Shown: positions 58,080-64,000 of the stretch, in pieces
How positions within the stretch are numbered: position 1 is the stretch's first letter
Layout: the number at the start of each line of letters is the position of its first letter
Origin: Halioglobus sp.
Lineage (GTDB): Bacteria > Pseudomonadota > Gammaproteobacteria > Pseudomonadales > Halieaceae
NCBI GenBank assembly: GCA_047611225.1
Contig: JBLFWP010000003.1
Span: 88,583-152,582 of the forward strand
Length of the DNA: 64,000 nucleotides
Reading direction: 5' to 3'
Made by a program: the position numbers and the translations under genes
The notes under the pieces: generated by a model
What the model was told of the DNA's origin: nothing
Databases searched by the model: none
Seen by the model: only the letters and a program-made list of their open reading frames with translations

Positions 58080-59978
58080 TTAGGAAGCAGCTTCGCTGGG
58101 AGGCTTGCGCCCGCCTATGGAAAGGCTCTTCACCCGACGACCACCGTAGGTCAAATTAACCAGAGCTCTGGTACCCACAATCGCGGTGAACATGGAAGTC
58201 ACAATGCCCACTGACAGCGTCACTGCGAAGCCTTTGATCGGCCCCGTGCCCACTGCATAAAGAATAAGTGCGACAATTAGAGTGGTGAAGTTAGCGTCCA
58301 AAATGGTCGCCACCGCCCTCTCAAACCCTGAGTGAATCGCCATTTGCGGCGCTAGGCCATTGGCGACCTCCTCTCGTATTCGGGAGAAAATAAGCACGTT
58401 GGCATCTACCGCCATCCCCACCGTGAGTACGATTCCGGCAATCCCCGGCAGGGTCAGCGTCGCGCCCAGGATCGACATCACAGAGATCAACAGAATAAGG
58501 TTACAACTCAAGGCGATTACGGCAGTGATACCAAACACCCTGTAGTAAAGCACCATAAACAGTGCCACCAGCGCCAAGCCATACAGCACCGACTTAACAC
58601 CCAGACGAATGTTTTCCGCGCCAAGGGAGGGACCAACCGTGCGCTCTTCAACAAAACTGATAGGCGCAGCCAATGCACCGGCGCGCAGCATCAATGCCAG
58701 TTCCGATGCTTCCAGCTGATTATCGAGACCTGTGATGGAAAACTCCGAAGCCAGAGCAGATTGAATTACCGGTGCCGTCAGCAGTTTTTTCTCATCGTAG
58801 GGGACCTTAACGACAACTTCCGAGCCGTCCTCGGCGGTTTCATACCGCGTACGATATTTACGTTCGATAAAGAGCACGCCCATGCGTCTCTTAATATTGT
58901 TGCGGGTGGCTTTGGACATTAAAACGCCACCTTCGCTGTCCAGACTGATGTTTACGTTGGGCCTGCCATTTTGATCGAAATTGGCACGCGCATTGGAAAC
59001 CCGCTCTCCCGTAATGATGACAGAACGCTCCAACCATTCGCTGGAACCCACACGATCGGGGCTGCGATAATCATAGCGCTGCTTCTCTGAAGCCACTGCA
59101 TCAAGGCCCGCGACTAGCCTGAACTCCAGGTTGGCAACTTTACCCAGTATGCGTTTGGCCTCGGCTGTATCCTGAATACCTGGTAGCTCTATCACAATCC
59201 GGTTCTGACCCTGCCGTTGCACCAGAGGCTCCGATACACCTAGCTCATTCACGCGATTGCGCAGGGTTGTCAGGTTTTGACTGACCGCATAATCAGCAAT
59301 CTCTTTGCGCGTCGCTTGTGCCATGGCGGCCGTGAAGTTCCAACTATCCGCCTCATCGATGCGATTGAGCACCAACTCCGAGTGATTGTCCGAAACCAGT
59401 TTGCGCGCCTGTTCCCGCTGTTCTTCGGTTTTGAATTTTGCCTCAACTTTGTCCTGCTCATTGACCCAGACAAAACCACGAACACGTTCTTCGCGCAGCA
59501 ATCGCTTGGTAGAGTTGAAGTAGTACTCCATACGCCGCTCTATGGCTGCTTCGACGTCCACCTCAAGTTTGAAATGCACCCCACCGCTCAAATCCAGACC
59601 CAGTTTCATTGGCTGTGCGCCATAGTCACTCAACCACGACGGCGTTGTCGGTGCCAAATTCAGCGCCACAATATAGGCATCGCCCAGAGCCCGGGACACC
59701 CTCGCCTGCGCCACTAGCTGTTGCTCAGCATCTTTGAGCCGAATCAGACCGTTGCGACCACGTTCATCAATGGTTTCGCCAAAGTGCTCGATTCCCTCAT
59801 CCTTCAAAGCGCCCATTGCCCGATTGAGGGTTTTTTCGTCGATCAGCTGTGAACTGTTTTCTCCGGTAATCTGCAGAGCTGGGTCAGGTGCGTAGAGATT
59901 GGGAGCCGCATAAAACAGGCCAACCAACAGCACGAGGAGCACAAGCAGGTATTTCCAGAGTGGGTACTTATTCAGCAT
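58080..59978 (-). CDS. secD: Protein translocase subunit SecD
   Basis: LGLDLSGG, LRNRVNELGVSEP, GMAVDANVLI. Confidence 0.97.
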   Translation of the reverse strand: MLNKYPLWKYLLVLLVLLVGLFYAAPNLYAPDPALQITGENSSQLIDEKTLNRAMGALKDEGIEHFGETIDERGRNGLIRLKDAEQQLVAQARVSRALGDAYIVALNLAPTTPSWLSDYGAQPMKLGLDLSGGVHFKLEVDVEAAIERRMEYYFNSTKRLLREERVRGFVWVNEQDKVEAKFKTEEQREQARKLVSDNHSELVLNRIDEADSWNFTAAMAQATRKEIADYAVSQNLTTLRNRVNELGVSEPLVQRQGQNRIVIELPGIQDTAEAKRILGKVANLEFRLVAGLDAVASEKQRYDYRSPDRVGSSEWLERSVIITGERVSNARANFDQNGRPNVNISLDSEGGVLMSKATRNNIKRRMGVLFIERKYRTRYETAEDGSEVVVKVPYDEKKLLTAPVIQSALASEFSITGLDNQLEASELALMLRAGALAAPISFVEERTVGPSLGAENIRLGVKSVLYGLALVALFMVLYYRVFGITAVIALSCNLILLISVMSILGATLTLPGIAGIVLTVGMAVDANVLIFSRIREEVANGLAPQMAIHSGFERAVATILDANFTTLIVALILYAVGTGPIKGFAVTLSVGIVTSMFTAIVGTRALVNLTYGGRRVKSLSIGGRKPPSEAAS

Positions 59979-60041
59979 AGTGTTGCTCTAGGTTGCAAAA
60001 TAGATTGCGAAGCACTACCGGCTCCGCTCGAAAAGTGCGCC

Positions 60042-60069
60042 ATTATAAATTAACGACGGGCTGCTACAA
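60042..60069 (-). promoter_or_regulatory. Putative sigma70 promoter of secDF
   Basis: TTGTAG-N16-TATAAT then GGCGCAC discriminator. Confidence 0.55.
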
Positions 60070-60085
60070 GGGGGCTGTGGCCGGT

Positions 60086-63000
60086 TCATCCCAACCACTG
60101 CCTTGCATTGCGAAACAGTCGTATCCAGCCGCCATCCTCACCCCATTCCCGGGGGGCCCAGGAATTTTGCACGGTGCGATATACGCGTTCAGGATGAGGC
60201 ATCATGACCGTGGCGCGACCGTCCTCGCTGGACACCCCCGCAATAGCAGCCGCTGAGCCATTGGGGTTGGCCGGGTAGTTCGCAGCGACAGACAGATCAT
60301 TTTCCAGATACCGCAGAACCACGGTACCGCTGGCCTCGCAGGCTGCCTGTGCCTTCTCGCTGTCAAAGTAGGCGCGCCCTTCCCCGTGTGCCACAGCGAT
60401 AGGCAGGTGTGAACCGGACATCTCAGACAGCAATATCGACGGGCTATCCTCCACTCCAACCAGTGTGAAGCGCGCCTCAAACTGCTCGGAGTGATTGCGC
60501 ACGAAGCTTGGCCAATGCCCTGCACCGGGAATCAGGTCTTTCAGGGTCGACACCATCTGGCAGCCGTTGCAGACACCCAGGGTGAAGGTATCCGGACGCT
60601 CGAAGAATGCACTGAAGCGGGTGCGGACCTCCTCATTGAACAAAATAGTTTTAGCCCAGCCTTCACCAGCGCCAAGTACATCGCCGTAGGAAAAGCCTCC
60701 GCAGGCCACCAGGCCACGGAACTGCGCGAGATCGACCTGTCCGCTGAGAATGTCGCTCATATGCACATCAAACGGCGCAAATCCGGCCCGATGAAAAGCA
60801 GCGGCCATTTCCATATGACCATTAACGCCTTGCTCTCGAAGGATGGCCACCCAGGGACGCGCGTCCTTGGCAATGTAAGGCGCAGAAATATCATTAGCGG
60901 GATCAAAAGTAAGCTTGACCGAGAGACCTGGATCTTCAGCTGTGTGCCGACGGTACTCCTGCTCGGCACACTCGGGGTTGTCTCTGCGCGCTTGAATCTC
61001 GTAGCTGGTACGCGACCAGAGTTGTTGCAAGCGAGCGCGGCTATCACTGAGCACAGTGTCTGCGCCATCAATGATTTGCACATCATCACCAGCGGCTGCG
61101 CTGCCTATTACATGAAGGCAGTCTGCCAGCCCGAGTTTTGTGGCATGTTCCACCATCCCATCCAGTCGAGAACGTTCGATTTGCAGAACAGCGCCGACTT
61201 CCTCATTGAACAGCTTCCCTATGGCGTTCCCCGGTACTGACGATACGTCGACCTGTATTGAACAGCGGCCTGCAAATGCCATCTCGAGCAAGGTTGTCAT
61301 CAGGCCACCGTCAGAGCGATCGTGATAAGCCAGCACACTGCCCTGCGCCAGCAAACCCTGCACCAGTGTGAAGAACGCCTTCAGGTCTGTAGCACTATCG
61401 AGATCTGGAACCGAATTACCCAGCTGCCCACTGGCTTGTGCCAGCGCCGAAACACCAAGTCGATTGGCACCGCGACCGAGGTCCAGCAGTACCAGAACGG
61501 CCTCCGCTGCAGGGTCCAACTGAGGGGTGACTGTTGCCCGCGCATCTATAACGGGGCTAAACGCCGTCACAATAAGCGACATCGGAGCAGTGACAGACTT
61601 ATCTTCCTCGCCATCGCGCCATGTGGTGCGCATAGACATGGAATCCTTGCCCACCGGAATGGTAATCCCAAGTTCAGGACACAGCTCCATACCCACTGCA
61701 CGTACGGTATCGTAAAGCGCCTCGTCTTCAGTGCCATGACCCGCAGCGCACATCCAGTTGGCAGACAATTTTATATCGCTCAACTGCGCTATCGAGGTGG
61801 CGCAGATATTGGTAATTGCTTCGGCAACCGCCATGCGACCAGACGCGGGGCCATCCACCAGTGCCAGCGGCGTACGCTCGCCAATGGCCATAGCCTCACC
61901 CGCGAAGGAATCGTATGACACAGTAGTGACGGCACAATCTGCGACAGGCACCTGCCAGGGCCCCACCATTTGATCGCGGGCCACCATTCCTGTGACGGTG
62001 CGATCGCCAATGGTAATCAGAAAACTCTTACTTGCAACACTGGGCATCTGCAGTACCAACTCAGTAGCTGCGGCTACTGAAACATCCAGCTGCAGTGTTT
62101 TTTGTTCTACACTGCGACGTTTGATCTCGCGGCTCATGCGCGGTGCCTTACCAAACAAAATCGACATCGGCAGATCAATGGGAGCGTTATCAAATTCGCT
62201 GTCCGTCAATTGCAGGTGCATAGCCTCGGTCGCTTCACCTACCACGGCAAAGGGGCAACGCTCGCGCTGGCAAATTTCTTCAAAGCGAGCAAGGTGTTCA
62301 GGCTCTACCGCCATCACATAGCGCTCCTGAGACTCGTTGCACCAAATCTCTAGCGGTGACATTCCGGGCTCATCATTGGGCACATTGCGCAGCTCAAAGA
62401 CGCCACCACGGCCACCGTCTTTCACCAACTCTGGAAAAGCGTTAGATAAACCGCCCGCGCCTACGTCATGAATAAAGGCAATGGGATTGTCTTCACCCAG
62501 CTGCCAGCAGGAATCGATCACCTCCTGACAGCGGCGCTCCATTTCCGGGTTCTGGCGCTGCACAGAGGCAAAATCCAGATCTTCATGGCTCTGCCCGCTG
62601 GACATGGAAGAGGCTGCGCCGCCACCAAGACCAATCAACATGGCCGGGCCACCCAGTGCGATGAGTTTTGCACCGGGGCGATAATCACCTTTTTCAATAT
62701 GCTCTTCACGCACATTACCGTAGCCACCCGCAAGCATGATCGGCTTGTGATAGCCGCGCATCTGAGGACCCTCTGCGCCTTGCGCTTCCGCCTCAAAGCT
62801 GCGGAAGTAGCCACACAGGTTGGGGCGACCGAATTCATTGTTGAAGGCCGCCGCGCCAATAGGGCCCTCCACCATGATGTCCAGAGCAGAAACAATTCTG
62901 CCGGGCTTGCCGTAATCGGACTCCCAGGGCTGTACATAGCCGGGAATATTCAGGTTCGAAACGGAAAACCCTGCCAGGCCCACTTTAGGTTTCGAGCCTC

Positions 63001-63988
63001 TTCCCACAGCGCCCTCATCGCGAATCTCTCCACCAGCACCTGTGCCCGCGCCGGGATAGGGAGCGATTGCTGTTGGATGATTATGCGTCTCCACCTTCAT
63101 CAACAGGTGGATGTTTTCCTGAGAAAAGCCGTACTCGCCAGACTCTGGATCGGGGTAAAAACGCCCCGCCTTGTGCCCCGCGACCACCGCCGCGTTATCT
63201 GAATAGGCCGACAACACATTCTCGCCACCCACTTCGTTGGTATTACGAATCATTTTGAACAGGGAGTGCGATTGCGCTTCGCCGTCTATGGTCCAGTCGG
63301 CATTGAATATCTTGTGCCGACAGTGCTCAGAATTGGCCTGCGCGAACATCATCAGCTCGATGTCATTGGGATTGCGTCCCAGCGCTACAAAACTTTCCAC
63401 GAGATAATCAATTTCATCGTCTGCCAGCGCGAGGCCAAGGGTCTTATCTGCATCGATCAGAGCCTGTCGCCCACCTCCCAAAACATCCACCGTAGATAAA
63501 GCCCGTGGCGCAGCACGTTCAAACAGGCATTGCGCTTCATTTAAGTCGGCAAGTAGCGATTCCGTCATTCGATCGTGCAGCAGGACACGCAGTGCTGTCA
63601 TGTCGGGCTCAGGCAAGCCTTCCGGCAGCTTCAAATACCAGGCCTGGCCACGTTCCAGCCGAGTTATGCCGTGCAATCCGCAGTTGTGGGCGATATCTGT
63701 GGCCTTACTGGACCAAGGAGAAATAGTCCCGGGCCGAGGCACCACGAGCAACAGCGTTGCGTTCTTCGGGAGTGGCGATTCAGAGCCAGTAGGCTGCGAA
63801 TCCGGGCCGTAAGCCAACAAACTGCTCAGGATTTTTTCACTCTCGGCAGTAAGCGCCTCTGCGAGCTCGGCAAAATGAACGTATTCGGTATGGAGGAGGT
63901 CGATGTCTGGATGGATATCGGAAATTTTTTGCGCCAACTTGTCCAGTCGAAAGGCGGACAGGGCAGGAGCGCCACGCAGGGTCAACAT
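60086..63988 (-). CDS. purL: Phosphoribosylformylglycinamidine synthase (large PurL)
   Basis: [34 protein letters not shown]; 1300 aa. Confidence 0.98.
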   Translation of the reverse strand: MLTLRGAPALSAFRLDKLAQKISDIHPDIDLLHTEYVHFAELAEALTAESEKILSSLLAYGPDSQPTGSESPLPKNATLLLVVPRPGTISPWSSKATDIAHNCGLHGITRLERGQAWYLKLPEGLPEPDMTALRVLLHDRMTESLLADLNEAQCLFERAAPRALSTVDVLGGGRQALIDADKTLGLALADDEIDYLVESFVALGRNPNDIELMMFAQANSEHCRHKIFNADWTIDGEAQSHSLFKMIRNTNEVGGENVLSAYSDNAAVVAGHKAGRFYPDPESGEYGFSQENIHLLMKVETHNHPTAIAPYPGAGTGAGGEIRDEGAVGRGSKPKVGLAGFSVSNLNIPGYVQPWESDYGKPGRIVSALDIMVEGPIGAAAFNNEFGRPNLCGYFRSFEAEAQGAEGPQMRGYHKPIMLAGGYGNVREEHIEKGDYRPGAKLIALGGPAMLIGLGGGAASSMSSGQSHEDLDFASVQRQNPEMERRCQEVIDSCWQLGEDNPIAFIHDVGAGGLSNAFPELVKDGGRGGVFELRNVPNDEPGMSPLEIWCNESQERYVMAVEPEHLARFEEICQRERCPFAVVGEATEAMHLQLTDSEFDNAPIDLPMSILFGKAPRMSREIKRRSVEQKTLQLDVSVAAATELVLQMPSVASKSFLITIGDRTVTGMVARDQMVGPWQVPVADCAVTTVSYDSFAGEAMAIGERTPLALVDGPASGRMAVAEAITNICATSIAQLSDIKLSANWMCAAGHGTEDEALYDTVRAVGMELCPELGITIPVGKDSMSMRTTWRDGEEDKSVTAPMSLIVTAFSPVIDARATVTPQLDPAAEAVLVLLDLGRGANRLGVSALAQASGQLGNSVPDLDSATDLKAFFTLVQGLLAQGSVLAYHDRSDGGLMTTLLEMAFAGRCSIQVDVSSVPGNAIGKLFNEEVGAVLQIERSRLDGMVEHATKLGLADCLHVIGSAAAGDDVQIIDGADTVLSDSRARLQQLWSRTSYEIQARRDNPECAEQEYRRHTAEDPGLSVKLTFDPANDISAPYIAKDARPWVAILREQGVNGHMEMAAAFHRAGFAPFDVHMSDILSGQVDLAQFRGLVACGGFSYGDVLGAGEGWAKTILFNEEVRTRFSAFFERPDTFTLGVCNGCQMVSTLKDLIPGAGHWPSFVRNHSEQFEARFTLVGVEDSPSILLSEMSGSHLPIAVAHGEGRAYFDSEKAQAACEASGTVVLRYLENDLSVAANYPANPNGSAAAIAGVSSEDGRATVMMPHPERVYRTVQNSWAPREWGEDGGWIRLFRNARQWLG

Positions 63989-64000
63989 ACTGTGAAGAAC

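Noticed and set aside
1-64000. CRISPR arrays, IS elements, prophage or defence genes
   Set aside because: No spaced direct repeats, transposase, integrase, phage or nuclease-type ORFs were recognised

Overview
Chromosomal window of a gammaproteobacterium; gene content and order suggest a marine Cellvibrionales/Halieaceae-like (OM60/NOR5) organism, which is inference. The right third (40.7-64 kb, minus strand) is core genome: purL, secD, secF, suhB, trmJ, iscRSUA-hscBA-fdx-iscX, ndk, rlmN, pilW, rodZ, ispG, hisS, yfgM, bamB, der. The left two thirds hold metabolic and accessory genes: CoA transferases, an MtfA-like peptidase, DUF3604, msrA, an ActP-like symporter operon, aroG, a purple acid phosphatase-TPR pair, DUF501, a cobalamin riboswitch with btuB-btuR-btuCDF, metY, two paralogous TonB-dependent receptors, aceA and an acyl-CoA catabolic block. 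I saw no rRNA, tRNA, CRISPR array, integrase or transposase. The best candidate for an undescribed system is the periplasmic operon at 36.8-40.2 kb: a di-heme cytochrome c4, a MauG-type di-heme enzyme with Tyr at the heme-2 axial position, and a membrane-anchored parallel beta-helix protein fused to a cytochrome c. Smaller oddities are a 21-bp duplication of the fdx 3' end differing only at wobble positions, a btuC without an in-frame canonical start, itaconate-pathway-like genes near isocitrate lyase, and secDF without yajC. All family assignments come from motif recognition, not database searches.
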